A stretch of DNA of 64,000 bases from Chrysomallon squamiferum (GCA_012295275.1 CM022677.1:26908001-26972000), one strand, 5' to 3'; numbered from the stretch's first letter, positions 15,227-30,105 are shown. Made by a program: numbers and translations. Notes: a model not told the origin generated them from the letters alone.

Positions 15227-15517
15227 TGTTCTTTCTAGCAGAAACATTAATAATAGCTGTAAACTACAATACAAGTGTTACAGTAGAGAGAGCTGTGATG
15301 GATGTTGTAGTAGTGTCTCTAGTAAATACTGTTATTTTTTCTCAGTACCACGAAGATTTGATTGTAATCTCAGATGGATCCTAAAGTTACGTTTTTTCCT
15401 TTCTGTGATAGCATTTACGTCTGTGGCTGGAAAACAGGAAGAGAAGACGGAACTTTCTTTACAAATTAATATATCGTTAAAAAGAGTCATTGAATACAGT
15501 ACAGTGCACCATGTATA

Positions 15518-15585
<68 letters not shown>

Positions 15586-16634
15586 ACGGGATTCAGACTG
15601 CGTAAAAAGTTTATCTTTCTGCGACATCCGCCTGTTTATTTTTATATCATGGAATTCGATTTGCATGTTCAATCACGTCCGCGCTTTTTATTTTTGCAGC
15701 CAATTTTTCAACTCCATTACATGGTTTTAAAACGGGTGTCACGTGGTAGGGAAGGAAAAGGTCAACACGTGTGCCAGTGTCAGTAAGATTTAATTGTTAA
15801 ATTTGTCCTCCGTGTGGATTCTTATCTTGTCCTGCTTCTCCACATCACTTTACTCGCACCGTTACTCAGAGACATTTATATGTATGTTTTATAGATTGTA
15901 TTATTATCAAGTCACCCGTATAATTATAATTAAATAATGAACTTGTACCTTAACATGTGTTGTGTTTATTTCTCTAGTGGATAGATACACTTATTGATTT
16001 ATATAAATTGCTGCCAATTTAGCGTTTATGTTCTTTATTAGGTGGTCATTAAAGCACTTTTTACAATAAGCCGATATATATATATATATATATTCATTCA
16101 CGGGGCTCATTAAACATCTTGAATATTTTATTAAGGCTCAGCTGATGTTAATAAGTGTCTAGTTTTATATATACATATATACATACACACCAGCAAGAAG
16201 TCCCTGTGAACTCTTGAAATGTATTGTGTGTGTTCCTGTTCATTATTTGTATTTAGCTTACATTAGCTCTACATTGGTTTGTACTTAAAGCAGACACTTG
16301 AAAACTGACTTGGTCACAGTCTACTTCTGAGTAAAAATAACTGCGCTGAAGAAGGACAGTGTGAGGCGGATCTGTAGCACGGACTGAACAATGGATTTTT
16401 GTCTCTCAAAAGTTCGGCAACTTGTTAGAAACAGACTCGTGAAAGTACTCGACTGCGGCCGCTACGTCTGAAGCTGTTGTGACGTGGTGAACGACAGGGA
16501 ATCTCCAGCACCGTACGAGTGTCCCTATGTCTGTTTATTGTCCGTTACTAACGAACTGAAACTAGACGCTTCACGCATCACTCTGAATAACAAGCGATGA
16601 TACGTGTCTTTGAGCAAATGACAGTGTTGTTGTT

Positions 16635-16674
<40 letters not shown>

Positions 16675-16749
16675 TTATTATTATTGTTGTTGTTCTCAAT
16701 ATTTGAATTTATTTATGATTAAACGAGTACAAAATACTATATTTATTTA

Positions 16750-16755
16750 CTCTCT

Positions 16756-16831
<76 letters not shown>

Positions 16832-17935
16832 CTCTATGTCTGATGTCTGTATGCCTCTCTGTCTCTGTCTCTACATCTCTCTCACTGTTTCTGTCGCTCT
16901 AGCTCTCTCTCTGTATCTCTCTGTCTCTCTCTTTGTCTCTGTGTCTCTCTATCTCTGCTTCTCTATCTCTTTCTGTCTGCCTTTGTGTCTCTCTATGTTA
17001 TCTCTCTATCTCTCCCTCCTTTTCTCTGTCTCTCTCTATCTCTGTATATCGGTTTGCCTGTGTCTCTAGCTGTCAGTCTCTGCCTCTCTGTCTGTCTGTC
17101 TGTATCTGTCTCTCTCTGTCTCCCTCTGTCTGTGTCTCTCTTTCTTTCTCTCTGAATTTCTCTGTCTCTGTCTGTCACTGTCTCTCTCTTCATCTCTCTG
17201 TCTGTCTCTGTCTTCTTCTGTCTCTGTCTGTCTCTCTTTCTCTCTCTTTTTCTGCCTCTGTCGCTCTCTCTGACTCTGCTTCTGTATCTCTTTCAGTCTG
17301 TCTTTGTTTCTCTCTCTGTCTGTCTCTGTCCCTCTGTCTCTCAGTCTGTATATGTCTATCTTTCTATCTCTCCCTCCTTTTCCCGTCTCTCTCTCTATAT
17401 CTCTGTCTGTCTGTGTCTCTCTCTGTCTGTCTCTGCCTCCCTCTCTCTCTGTGTCTCTCTGTCTCTCTGTATCTGTCCCTTTCTGTCTGTCTCTTTGTCT
17501 CACGGTCTGTCTCTCTCTCTTTCTCTGTGATTCTGTCTGTCTCTGTCTCTGTGATTCTGTCTGTCTCTCTCAGTCCCTGCCTGTCTCTCTCTGTCTGTCT
17601 CTGTCTCTCTATCTCTATCTGTCTGTCTCTGTCTCTCTATGTCTGTTTCTGTCTGCCTCTGTCTCTCCCACTCTCTCTCCCTCCCTCCCACTCTATATCT
17701 CTCTGTATCTCTGTCTGTTTGTCTGTCTGTCGCTCTGTCTATCTTTGTCTCCCTCTGACTGTCTATGTCTCTGAGTCCCCCTATTTCTATCTCTCTCTCT
17801 CTCTATCTCTCTCTCTGTGTCTGTCTATGTCTCTGTCTGTCTCTCTCTGTCTCTGCTTCTCTATCTCTCTGTCTGTCTCTCTCTGTCTCTCTCTGTCTCT
17901 CTCTCTCTGTGTCGCTGTCTGTTTGTTTCTATGTG
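16750..17935. repeat. (CT)n followed by a degenerate CT/TCTG low-complexity tract
   Basis: Direct inspection. Confidence 0.9.
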
Positions 17936-18389
17936 TTTGCAAATATATATAAACTGCACAATTCACAAAGAACTGTTTCTGAGAGAACTATAATTGAAGC
18001 AATTAAAGTAAGCAGAAAAAAATAAAAATAATAAAAATAAAACAGTATAGATGGCATCAGAGGACTGAACTCACATACTTTACAAAGGCGTATTACAGTT
18101 CTGTGTGGTGTTGTTATGAACGGTGGTTAGTGGCTAAGTTTCATAGGCTACACAAAGTGTAAGCAGCTCTCAAGAACAACGAGGTATCGACTGATACGGG
18201 AAAAAATCCAATAATTTAACAAGCTGAAAATTAACAAAAGCTGAAGATTCTCACATTGTTTAAAGTTTAATACAGATTTGTATTCTTGGTCTTTACATTA
18301 GAAATGGTTTGTATGCGCATGAGAGAGAATATGTGTATGTATGAGTTGATGTATATATATATATATACAGACATATTTAAATACATAAG

Positions 18390-18436
<47 letters not shown>

Positions 18437-19378
18437 TTATAAAACATATATGGGTATATGTGTTTAAGTATGTGTGTGTGTGTATATATATATATATGTT
18501 TGTGTGTGTGCATGTGCGTGTGCGTGTTTGTTTGTTCGCTGATTATTTTTCAGACAGCTATCCTCGACGGAGTAAATGTACGTGATCACCTTTCTCACGC
18601 CAGTGTACCCAGCACAGACACTTTTAAAACAACATTTAAAGACCACTGACTATGCAAGCACATTGTGAACCGCACCAGACGTGATAGCCACCTGGCGGAC
18701 GTTTCGGCAGTTACGTCTGCTTCAAAGCACCAGTACAGAAGGGTTTGTCTGCTTCCACCCTCGCCCCCTGCAGAAACAGCAAAACTCTTATATAGTTCAT
18801 AATTTACACAGTATCAATCAGTACGTAAAATAAGGCTGTAATCTAAGGGAAAAAACCGTGTTATTTGATGTTATGTAACTGTCGGATTGCCTCCCTTCCA
18901 TTGTCCACTTCGAATGATATAACATTATTTACGACTACAAAGATTTTTCATTATTTAAAGCCAGATTAACGATCGTTGCATGAAGATGAAAATGTCGAAG
19001 TTACTCGAGATTTTATACGTAACAGCCCGTGATACGTGTTTAATGTCTTAGAGGAATCTCTAGGAAGACTGCAATTTCAGACTGAGTCCGTTTTTTCTTA
19101 ATGCACTGTACACTATGGCACTGCAGTCATTATGTCATCCAAAAGATAATAATAACAACAACAACAACAACAACAACAACAATAATAATAATACTAATAA
19201 TAATAACAACAACAACAATAATAATAATAATAATAGTAATAATAGTAATGATAATAAAAATAATAATAATAATAATAACAATAAAAACAACAATAATAAT
19301 AATAATTATAATAATAACAACGATAACGATAACGGTAATGATAATATATAAATATATGTGTATGTGTGTATGCATGTC

Positions 19379-19436
<58 letters not shown>

Positions 19437-19968
19437 TATATTCTGCAGTATTAAATAATGTATAATTAACTATTTTATTTGTCATCTTACTGATCTCGAG
19501 AGTAAATAGATTCATGCGTATTTATTTGTTGTATGTATTCATATCGATTCATATATATATATATATCTAAAATGTGTGTTTTTTATATCTATTTATATAT
19601 CTGTATATCTGTCAATATGTCAGTTTGTCTGTTTGTCTACTCTCCTCCGACACAATGCATAAACTTTTTGTTTCGCGTTCTCTTTATTTAAATTCTCGTG
19701 TTAGTTAATGGACAGCATGTTTAAATTGCTCAATGCACGTGTAACACGCGAGTTCTGTTTTTTACACAGTTATAACTGTGATGCTGATCGATTACATAAA
19801 AGCACTTCACGTCGATTCACTGGTCTGGCTTGCTTTGTGTGGCAGGTTTGTCTTTGTGTGGCAGGTTTGTCTTTGTGGCAGGTTTGTCTTTGTGAGGCGC
19901 GAGTTAAAACACTTTCTCGTTCAAACACAGCACTGATCTCTCAGCCGATACAAAACTCTCCTTCTGCT

Positions 19969-19975
19969 ATGGCAG
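19969..19975 (+). CDS. CTL2 first coding exon (ATGGCAG|gtaag)
   Basis: ATG followed by a phase-1 consensus donor; joins exon 2 in frame as MAAVYAVVQWFGIL. Confidence 0.6.
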
Positions 19976-20051
19976 GTAAGAGCGACAAAGATTTAAACTA
20001 CCTGATAATTTATTATTATTATTATTATTATGGTTATTATGGTTATTATTA

Positions 20052-20111
<60 letters not shown>

Positions 20112-20116
20112 GTATT

Positions 20117-20173
<57 letters not shown>

Positions 20174-20243
20174 GTTATTGTTATTATTGTATATTATTAT
20201 TATTATTAGTATTATTAGTATTAGTATTAGTATTATTATTGTA

Positions 20244-20276
<33 letters not shown>

Positions 20277-21066
20277 CAAAACATGATCATTATTATTTTT
20301 GCCTTCATCATAATCCTCCTCCTCCTCCTCATCATTATTATAATTGTATATGTATATATTATTTTATACATGATGAAGATAGATAATTTAGTCTTTGTTT
20401 TAACAATGAAACCGTGTTTCAGCCGATACGACCAACTACAGACAATCTTAGTAAATTAGTAAATTAATTACATAGGGAAAAATAAAATCAACCAACCAAC
20501 AAACCAACCAACCAACCAACCAAACAAACAAACAAACAAACAAACAAACAAACAAACAAACAAACAAACAAACAAACAAACAAACAAACAATAAATAAAT
20601 AAATAAATAAATTATAATATATATTAGTAAGTATAAGAAGTAAATAAGCTGACTTTAAAAGCTGACATAAGTAAATGATTAGAGTTCTATTCAGTAATAC
20701 ACAACGACGAGCTCTAACTCTGATCTTTCAGTATTTCATGTTAATTCAGTCTCGTGTGAAACAGAAGCAAATTCAAACTTTGCGAAGCTGCAGTTTCTAG
20801 TTTAGATTCCGCGGTGTTTGTGACGTCAGCTGGAAGACAAAACGACTCGGGTACAGAAAAGTACACGAGTTGATGATGGTGTTGCGTAAACCGCGGTTCT
20901 TTGAATATGTAGACGTGAAGATCACGTGAGAAAAACTTGAAATTTTCTGTGATAACACTTTGGCAGAGGGACTTAGATAGTTTTCTCACTTGTGTCATAA
21001 TTATTATTATTATTATTGTTGTTGTTGTTGTTGTCGTTGTTGCTATTATTGTTGTTATTTTTACAG

Positions 21067-21312
21067 CAGTCTATGCAGTGGTTCAGTGGTTTGGCATTCT
21101 TCAGTTTCGAGGTGTGGCTGTGCCTGACATTGCGACCTCGGTTCAGTCCTGCACGCGCGCTCAGTGTCTGATGTACTGTGTGCTGAACGGCACGTGCAGC
21201 TCGTTTTTCCACGACTCTCAGACCCGAGTCTGTTACCAGCACAACAGATGGGTCAGAGACCTGACCAGCTCCGAGTCACCGTCTTCTCTCAACTATTACA
21301 TCGTTTATCCCA
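21067..21312 (+). CDS. CTL2 exon 2: PAN/apple-like domain
   Basis: ttttacag acceptor and gtaaga donor, 246 nt, phase 1-1. Encodes TRAQCLMYCVLNGTCSSFFHDSQTRVCYQHN...LNYYIVYP (C-x3-C-x5-C-x2-F...C PAN pattern). Confidence 0.9.
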
Positions 21313-21379
21313 GTAAGACTTCTCACTGTCTTCTCTTAACTATTACATCGTTTATCCCAGTAAGACTTCTCACTGTCTT
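21281..21379 (+). repeat. 47-bp duplication of the CTL2 exon 2 end plus donor
   Basis: gtcttctc(tc/tt)aactattacatcgtttatccca|gtaagacttctcact occurs twice; donors at 21313 and 21360. Confidence 0.9.
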
Positions 21380-21413
21380 GTTGTTTAGTAGATACACACT
21401 TAGACAGGGATAG

Positions 21414-21455
<42 letters not shown>

Positions 21456-21544
21456 GCACACACACGGTAATTATCTTATTGACAGTCTGTATGTCTCGCT
21501 GTCTGTGTTTCTATTCATGTCTCTTCTTGAATCTAAGTATGTGT

Positions 21545-21602
<58 letters not shown>

Positions 21603-21645
21603 GTCTCTCTCTCTCTCTCTCTCTGTCTGTCTCTCTCTCTCTCTC

Positions 21646-21738
<93 letters not shown>

Positions 21739-21808
21739 CTCTCTCTCTCACTCACGCTATTAAACAAACAAGGTGTCAGCATAACCTCAAACCCTTGTAT
21801 AGTTTCAG

Positions 21809-21994
21809 CGACAAAGTGTCAAAGTTCAGGCTACGACCTGTACAGAGGTCACGGCGTGGAGATGTGTCTGGAGTTCACGGCTCCTGTAACAACGTGGACG
21901 AACGCGTCTAAGCAGTGCACGAGCAGAGGAGCCAGACTCGTGAGGATCGACAGTGCAGAGAAAATGTCGCTGATAGGAGACATTCTAACAGCAG
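21809..21994 (+). CDS. CTL2 exon 3: N-terminal half of C-type lectin domain
   Basis: tttcag acceptor and gttgtc donor, 186 nt, phase 1-1. Encodes TKCQSSGYDLYRGHGVEMCLEFTAPVTTWTNASKQCTSRGARLVRIDSAEKMSLIGDILTA. Confidence 0.9.
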
Positions 21995-22193
21995 GTTGTC
22001 AATCATAGTCATAGAAATAGGAGACATTCTAACAGCAGGTTGTCAATCATAATCATAGAAATAGGAGACATTCTAACACAAGGTTGTCAATCATAATCAT
22101 AGAAATAGGAGACATTCTAACAGCAGGTTGTCAATCACAATCATAAAAATAGGAGACATTCTAACAGCAAGTTGTCAATCATAATCATAGAAA
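21973..22193 (+). repeat. 44-bp x5 repeat of the CTL2 exon 3 end plus donor
   Basis: taggagacattctaacagcag|gttgtcaatcataatcatagaaa starts at 21974, 22018, 22062, 22106 and 22150. Confidence 0.92.
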
Positions 22194-23001
22194 CAACAGA
22201 TGTATACACATATATATATATATCAACAGGTTAACTTGAAATATAAATTAATATTGCACTAGGCAATATCTTAGATCCAGTGAATGAAACTGGTATTGCA
22301 GAAAAATAAAAAAAGAAAATAGCATTTACAGCAGTCGTGATTTAAAAACATTAAAACTGTAGATTAAATAATAGAAACAAAACAAAAATAAGTCGATTGT
22401 AAAATTACATTAGAAAAAGGGAAAGAGATATTTAATACTTCGGCAATGATTTTACTGGAAACATTATAGAAACAAGATACTGAACAAATTACTGTTAGAA
22501 AGTTATAAATGAATTACGTTAATAGGAGACGTTTTGAAAAGAGATACTGAAAACAAATTAGTATAACAGTGTTTAGAAACATGTATATGCATAATTACGT
22601 TATTCGGATACGTTCTGGAAATACCGACCCAAATTAATATTACACTGTTTAGAAAATTATGGAATAATTATGTCGATAGGAGACATTCTAGAAAGAGGCT
22701 AGCAAAATATTAAAAATATTAAAACTGAATTAGAAACAAATGTTGCATGAATAACACCATTTCTAGAGTAATGAAGCAAGTGGTTCAGCCAAGGAACCTT
22801 TTAAATATCATTTCCATTACATTATCATCAACCTAATCAAATCATTAATCGAGTAATCGTCATCACCATCATCATTTTCAATATAATGAACATATTAAAC
22901 TTCAGCATAACAAAATACAAATAAATAAATAAATAAGAAATGTGTGATGTTGTTGTCACATGAGGAGTTCTGACTGACTCGTTTCGCTTTCTTTTCCTCA
23001 G

Positions 23002-23213
23002 ATTTCAGCGCGTCTGCTTGGTGGATAGGCGCCTATGAGAAAAGCGGGGCTGGGGGAAACTGGGTGTGGCAGGACGAGTCCCCTGTCGAGTATGCGCACT
23101 GGAGTCCAGGAGAACCGAAAGCCTCGGGCTGCGTTCAGCTGGTGACGTCGGTGTTAGGCTGGGACGACACCGGCTGCAGCAACAAACACAGCTACATTTG
23201 CGAACTCGTCTAA
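23002..23213 (+). CDS. CTL2 last exon: C-terminal half of C-type lectin domain
   Basis: cttttcctcag acceptor. Encodes (D)FSASAWWIGAYEKSGAGGNWVWQDESPVEYAHWSPGEPKASGCVQLVTSVLGWDDTGCSNKHSYICELV*. The four exons total 651 nt (216 aa). Confidence 0.92.
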
Positions 23214-23243
23214 GCATCTCAAAAATGTACGTTAACAGTGTCA

Positions 23244-23560
23244 GGATTCGTGTAAACTTTCTGAGAACTATTGTAAACAATCTAAGAATTCGAGTAAACA
23301 CTAAAAACTCGTGTAAACTTTCTACGAAATCGTGTGAACAATCTAAGAATTCGTGTAAACTTTCTAAGAATTCATGTAAACTTTCTAAGAATTCATGTAA
23401 ACTTTATAAGAATTCATGTAAACTTTCTAAGAACTCATGTAAACTTTCTAAGAATTCATGTAAACTTTATAAGAATTCATGTAAACTTTCTAAGAACTCA
23501 TGTAAACTTTCTAAAAATCGTGTAAACTTTCTAAGAACTCGTGTAAACTTTCTAAGAAAG
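23244..23560. repeat. 21-bp minisatellite in the CTL2 3' UTR
   Basis: Unit aagaattcatgtaaactttct, ~15 copies. Confidence 0.9.
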
Positions 23561-24351
23561 TATATACAGAACCTAAGAAATCAAGTGTACAGTCTAGGAA
23601 ATCATGTAAACAATTTACCTCAACCATTAATATACAAACAATTCATTTGTAGAGTTACTGGTTTTACTACCACAGCTCTAGCTACTATTGTTATTCATAC
23701 TGCTACTGCTAGTACTATTGCTGCTGCTATTACAACTGCTATTACTACTACTGCTACAACTGCTACAACTGCTATTGCTTCTACTGATATTACAACAACT
23801 TGAGTGAAAGGTATAGCAAGAGGCCAGCATCAGTGAAATATGAAATTTGTTTAATGTTAATATTTTACCATTCTGTTATACATAACTACTGTTATTAGTA
23901 CCATTCCTACTAAATGATGATGATGATGTTGATGATGATGATAAAATAATAATAAAATTTGATGAATATATATGGAATCGTGCTTCAGTTGTTTTTTAAA
24001 TGTATTTTAATGAATCTATCAGTCTCTTTATTTCTCGGTCAGTTATTCATTTTTCCTGTCTATCTATTTGTCAATCAGTCCAGTTTACGTGTAAACCAAA
24101 GTTCTGTATAATGTCCGTGTGTCTGTATGTTCATACTTAGGAATGAATACACACGTACGATTAGAATCTGCATGATATGATAGACAATTCGGGAACGCAC
24201 TAATAAGAGAATGACTTCCAGAAGACGCTAATGAGACTCGAACGCGTGACCCATTTGACCGCACGCATATACACACACATACACATACAAATATACAAAA
24301 ACGTGCGTGTGTGTGTATGCGTGTGTATATATATGAATATGTATGTATATG

Positions 24352-24453
<102 letters not shown>

Positions 24454-24515
24454 GAGAGCGATAAAGAAAAAGAATAAATAATTATAATAATAATAATAAT
24501 AACAACAACAACAAC

Positions 24516-24553
<38 letters not shown>

Positions 24554-25029
24554 TGATGATGATAAATAAATAAATAAATAACTACTACTACTATTACAAC
24601 TATCACTGCTACTACTACTAATAATAATAGCAGAACAAAAGAAAAAAAATAAAAAATTTAAACGAACATACACCAATAGACACGCAGCCATAACAACAAA
24701 AACACTAACAGATGAAAACACTGAATGAAGGCTTTGTTAAATAAATAAAAAAAGAAAGAAAATTAGAACTCTAATATCTAGAAGATTACATTTCTAAAGA
24801 AAACTAGTTATATGTACTCTGTAAACCTAAACACTGTTCACTGTTAAACAAAGCTCAAGTAAGTACCCAGGAATGTATCGTTTAACACTTAATTAAATTT
24901 GTGTGTGGCTATTTTTCTCAAAGGGAAGTCCTTTGTTTTGCCATACAAAGACATTTCTTACTTCAGAACCGGGTCATCGCTTCAAACGACTCTGTAAAAC
25001 AATACACTGCTTCAAGGAATCGGATTTCT

Positions 25030-25560
25030 TGTTAATATCGTTAACGTCTGACTTTTCGATAATATCGTTAAATATCGAGCTCCTTGGTCATATAGTCAAA
25101 CATCGACCTTCTTTTAATATCGTTTATTATTTTGTTAATATCGTTAAACATCGGACTATTTGTTAATATCGTTAAATATCGAATTATTTCTTAATGTCGA
25201 TAAACATTGGACTATTTGTTAATATCGTTACACATCGAACTATTTGTTAATGTCGATAAACATTGGAATATTTGTTAATATCGTTAAATATCGAACTATT
25301 TGTAAATATCGTTCAAACATCGAACTATTTGTAAATATCGTTAAACATCGGACTATTTGTTAATGTCGATAAACATTGGACTATTTATTAATGTCGATAA
25401 ACATCGAATTATTTGTTAATATCGTTAAACATCGAACTATTTGTTAATATCGTTAACATCGAACCATTTGTTAATGTCGATAAACATTGAAATAGTTGTT
25501 AATATCGTTAAACATTGAACTATTTGTTAATATCGTTAAACATCGAACTATTTGTTAATA
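25030..25560. repeat. ~28-bp minisatellite
   Basis: Unit tttgttaatatcgttaaacatcgaacta, degenerate at the 5' side. Confidence 0.88.
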
Positions 25561-26034
25561 AACCCGTATTACTTATTAATATACTTAAATATCAGACTCC
25601 TTGGTAATGTCGTTAAAAACGGGAATCTTAATAATTTTGTCAAATATATCGGCTTTGGTTAAATATCAGCCTTTGTGATGTTTCTCTATATGACAGTTAC
25701 AACTACTGCTCTTCTAGTAGCAAAACAATGTTACAATTACAACTACTACAGCTACTATTAGTTCCTTTATTGTTGTATAAGTAGGTACTACTACAACTAA
25801 AACTACAACTACAACTACTACTACTCTACTGTTACTATTGATATTGCTACAGCTGCTACTGCTATTATCCCTGATAATTTTACTTAAACAATAGCTACAA
25901 CTACGACTACCTCAACAACTACTACAACTACAACTACTGCTATTGCTGCCTGCTACTACCCGTGATAGTTTTTTGACAAACATCTAGTTCTCTATAATTA
26001 ACATTTTTACCGACAGACATCTTTCTTTTATACA

Positions 26035-26220
26035 GCTAACATACTAACATGAACATAGAACATACTAACATACTAACATGAACATACTAACATAAACATA
26101 ACATACTAACATACTAACATGAACATACTAACATACTAACATGTATATACTAACATACTAACATGAACATTATAACATATTAACATGAACATACTAACAT
26201 ACTAACATGGACATACTAAC
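26035..26220. repeat. catactaa/catgaa compound short repeat
   Basis: Direct inspection. Confidence 0.85.
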
Positions 26221-26720
26221 CTTTTGTGGTTTAGACGACCAAGTGTATTTGTTTGGCCAACTCACTGCACGTGCACAGTATAATTATCTGATCTTTATAT
26301 TTCTTTTCATTTTTACTGTGAATAAAACAATACAATAAATTATAAAATCTTGTGATCTTCTCTCTGTCTTTATGCTGTTTTGCGTTTGTTTTGTTTTTAA
26401 AACAGTGTCAATTAGTTCAGCGTATACAGACACTTTAAATGTTAAAATATCGATATCTCCAGTGTTGACTTTGCTTGCAGTAAGAAGCTAATAATAGGTG
26501 TGTTAGTTTCTAGTTAGGAAATCTATTTTCTAAATCTATTGTGTATTACGTCAGTGTGCTTTCTTTTTCTCTCTGCATGTAATCTGATGTCTGTCTATGT
26601 ACTTCTATCTGTCTATCCATATACCAGAGTACTAGTTGTACTGCTACTATTACGATTACTGCCGCTACTACTACTACAGTTACTACTTAAACTACAACTA
26701 CTACTACTACTACTATTACA

Positions 26721-26769
<49 letters not shown>

Positions 26770-27892
26770 TTACTACTACTACTACTACTACTACTATTAC
26801 TACTACTTTCTTTCTTTGTCCATCTGATCTGTTTATTTGTCTGTCTGGCCGCCTGTCTCTCTGTGTGTGTTTAACCATATTACTATCACTGCTACTGCTT
26901 TTAATACTATTTCACTTCCTTAACTATCGCTACTGCTACACTACTACAACTACTACTACTTATACAATTAGTACGTACACAGCTACTAATCTATGAATGT
27001 TATTATTGCTACTTGTACTAGAACTATCACTACGTCTACTAATTCTAATATATTTGCTACAGTAACAGTACTAGTATTAATTCTATCTCTGATATTACTA
27101 CTTCTACGTCTGATATTACTGGTATACCACCTCTGACATAACGTCATAAAACAAATCTCTGATAAACCGGGTTTTGTACCTCAAATAGACTAAGTGCCTG
27201 AAGAGTAGGAATAATTACCTAAAGTGCTCTGATATTACTAAGCTGTGCCATACTGTAAATTAGTGTTATCATCATCATCGTATGGCACTGATAACATCAT
27301 CATTTTATTATCATTCATTATTGGTGACAGCACAAACAATATCAAATTTTTTCAATGATTATTACTACAGTACAGTACCTTTTTATAAATGCATACACTT
27401 ATGTACAGTGCATATTTTTGTGACCAATATTAATAATGTTTTTAATTGATATTATTACTGAATTGTATCTATTATTACCTGAACTGTGCGTACTGTATTT
27501 ATCTGTCTGTTTGCCTTTAAATTTGTTCCACTTTCTGTCAATTCTAATACATATGTTGTAACACATAGAAAATGACTTTTACCTCTGACATTACTACAGT
27601 ATGGGTAACTATGCTAATGTTACTGTCCTCCTGCACTTATTTCTTTCTGATTAAAATACTGTTTCAGTCAACATTAAAATGTGTTTACATTATCATTACT
27701 ACATTAGTGAAATACATAACTGCATGCAATATTACTACATTATTACTGTATTAATGATAATGTCTTTTTTTGGGATCTTTGATAACACTCTCATAATAGA
27801 CGTTTTAAAACCTCCAATATTCGCTACTTTTCGCTATTCTCTGAACGTAACCCCGCGAATACCGAGGGAATATTTGCTACAGTAACAGTATC

Positions 27893-28391
27893 TCCTCTGA
27901 TAATACTACTTCTACCTCTGATAATACTACTTCTACCTCTGATATTACTACTTCTACCTCTGATAATACTACTTCTATCTCTGATATTACTACTTCTACC
28001 TCTGATATTACTACATCTACCTCTGATATTACTACTTCTACCTCTGATATTACTACATCTACCTCTGATATTACTACTTCTACCTCTGATATTACTACTT
28101 CTACCTCTGATATTACTACATCTACCTCTGATATTACTACATCTACCTCTGATATTACTACTTCTACCTCTGATATTACTACATCTACCTCTGATATTAC
28201 TACATATACCTCTGATATTACTACTTCTACCTCTGATATTACAACATCTACCTCTGATATTACTACTTCTACCTGATATTACTACTTCTACCTCTGATAT
28301 TACTACTTCTACCTCTCATATTACTACATCTACCTCTGATATTACTACATCTACCTCTGATATTACTACATCTACCTCTGATATTACTACT
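27893..28391. repeat. 21-bp minisatellite (~24 copies)
   Basis: Unit ctctgatattactac(t/a)tctac. Confidence 0.93.
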
Positions 28392-28750
28392 GATGTTACT
28401 AGAATTAGCGGCCCTACGACCACATCATTTCTGAAGTGACAGTGAAAATGAATAAAAACATCTGCACAAAACCACTGAAATAAAACAACAACATCAAGAT
28501 CTAAATACCCGAGTCAACATAAATAAACAAATAAATAAATAAATAAACAAATAACAAACAAAAATAAATAATAAATAAACAAATAAACAAACAAATAAAT
28601 AAATAAATAAACAAATAAATAAATAAATAACTAAACAAATAAATAAAATAAAGTTTTTTAAGAGCTACATATTTTTTTAAAATTTTTTTTTTACTAATAA
28701 GGCATCTTTTCAGATGTATATATTATTGTTATTGTTTTATTATTATTATT

Positions 28751-28786
<36 letters not shown>

Positions 28787-28985
28787 GCTGATCTTGTTTA
28801 ATTTTACATTGTATGGAAATTTAAAGATATCCACTCTCACACTATATGTAATTTGTAAAACTTATTACGTTAAGAGTTGTCGTTCTTGGCTGACAGACTA
28901 ATGCCTGTGTTAAGTGGTGTTCACAGTAGAAAACACAGAGAGCGAGTGATGACTAACTTACTGGAACTGGAAAACATTGAACGTG

Positions 28986-29240
28986 CTAATCACGTTATAA
29001 CGTATTCTAATCACGTTATAACGTATTCTAATCACGTTATAACTTATTCTAATCACGTTATAACTTATTTTAATCACGTTATAACTTATTATAATCACGT
29101 TATAACTTATTCTAATCACGTTATAACGTATTCTATTCACGTTATAACTTATTCTAATCACGTTATAACGTATTCTAATCACGTTATAACTTATTTTAAT
29201 CACGTTATAACTTATTCTAATCATGTTATAACTTATTCTT
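28986..29240. repeat. 21-bp minisatellite (~12 copies)
   Basis: Unit ctaatcacgttataac(g/t)tatt; contains the palindrome cgttataacg in some copies. Confidence 0.92.
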
Positions 29241-29328
29241 TCCCCGCACTGTATACCACACGAGATCCAAGTACAGAATTACCGGTGCTGTCAAGGGGCG
29301 TAACTTCTTCTGTCTTGTGCGTTTTATA

Positions 29329-29387
<59 letters not shown>

Positions 29388-30045
29388 GGTAAAATAATAA
29401 TTATAAAATAAATAAATAAATAAATAAATAAATAAATACAGCAATCATATATACATACGAAGGAACAAACAATGAATCAAACAAATAAAAAAAATAAATA
29501 AAAAAAATTGGTTCAAAACGTTTTGCTAATTCTAGAACAGCTCCCGTTGTAAATGGCGACATTTTCCATGCATTTGGAGAAAAGAACGAACGCAATCGCA
29601 GAAAAATCAACGATCTTAGTATCTTTATATATTTCCGTCAACACCACATCACCCACCTTTCTTTCAATAAAATTACTCAAGCATGATAAACAATGACAAC
29701 TAATCAAAAACAAGAACGAAAGTTATAGCGACGAAAAATAACCTCAACCATTATGACGTCATAATGCACTTACGTTTCACGTTTGAACCGCAGTTATTGA
29801 CTGTAGGTAGGTAGTAGGTAGTATGTAGGTATCGGATATGTATGTATGTATATTTTCGTGTGTTTGTATATATCTATGTTTGTATGAATGATGTTTGTTT
29901 CTTTATATGTCTTTTGTCTTTATTTATTTATTTTATTTATTTATTTATTTATTTGCTTATTTATTTCTTTTATTTATTTATTTGCTTATTTATTTCTTTC
30001 TTTCTTTCTTTATTTTATGTTTATTATTTTTTCCTTGCTTGTTTG

Positions 30046-30105
<60 letters not shown>

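Noticed and set aside
18100-18200. Possible tRNA or SINE head (A-box/B-box-like words)
   Set aside because: Boxes too degenerate and no cloverleaf could be folded.
23066-23803. 245-aa plus-strand ORF
   Set aside because: Out-of-frame overlap with the CTL2 last exon plus read-through of the 21-bp minisatellite and a (CTA/CTG)n tract.
28877-29329. 150-aa ORF with (NHVITYS)n
   Set aside because: Translation of a 21-bp minisatellite; no splice or domain support.
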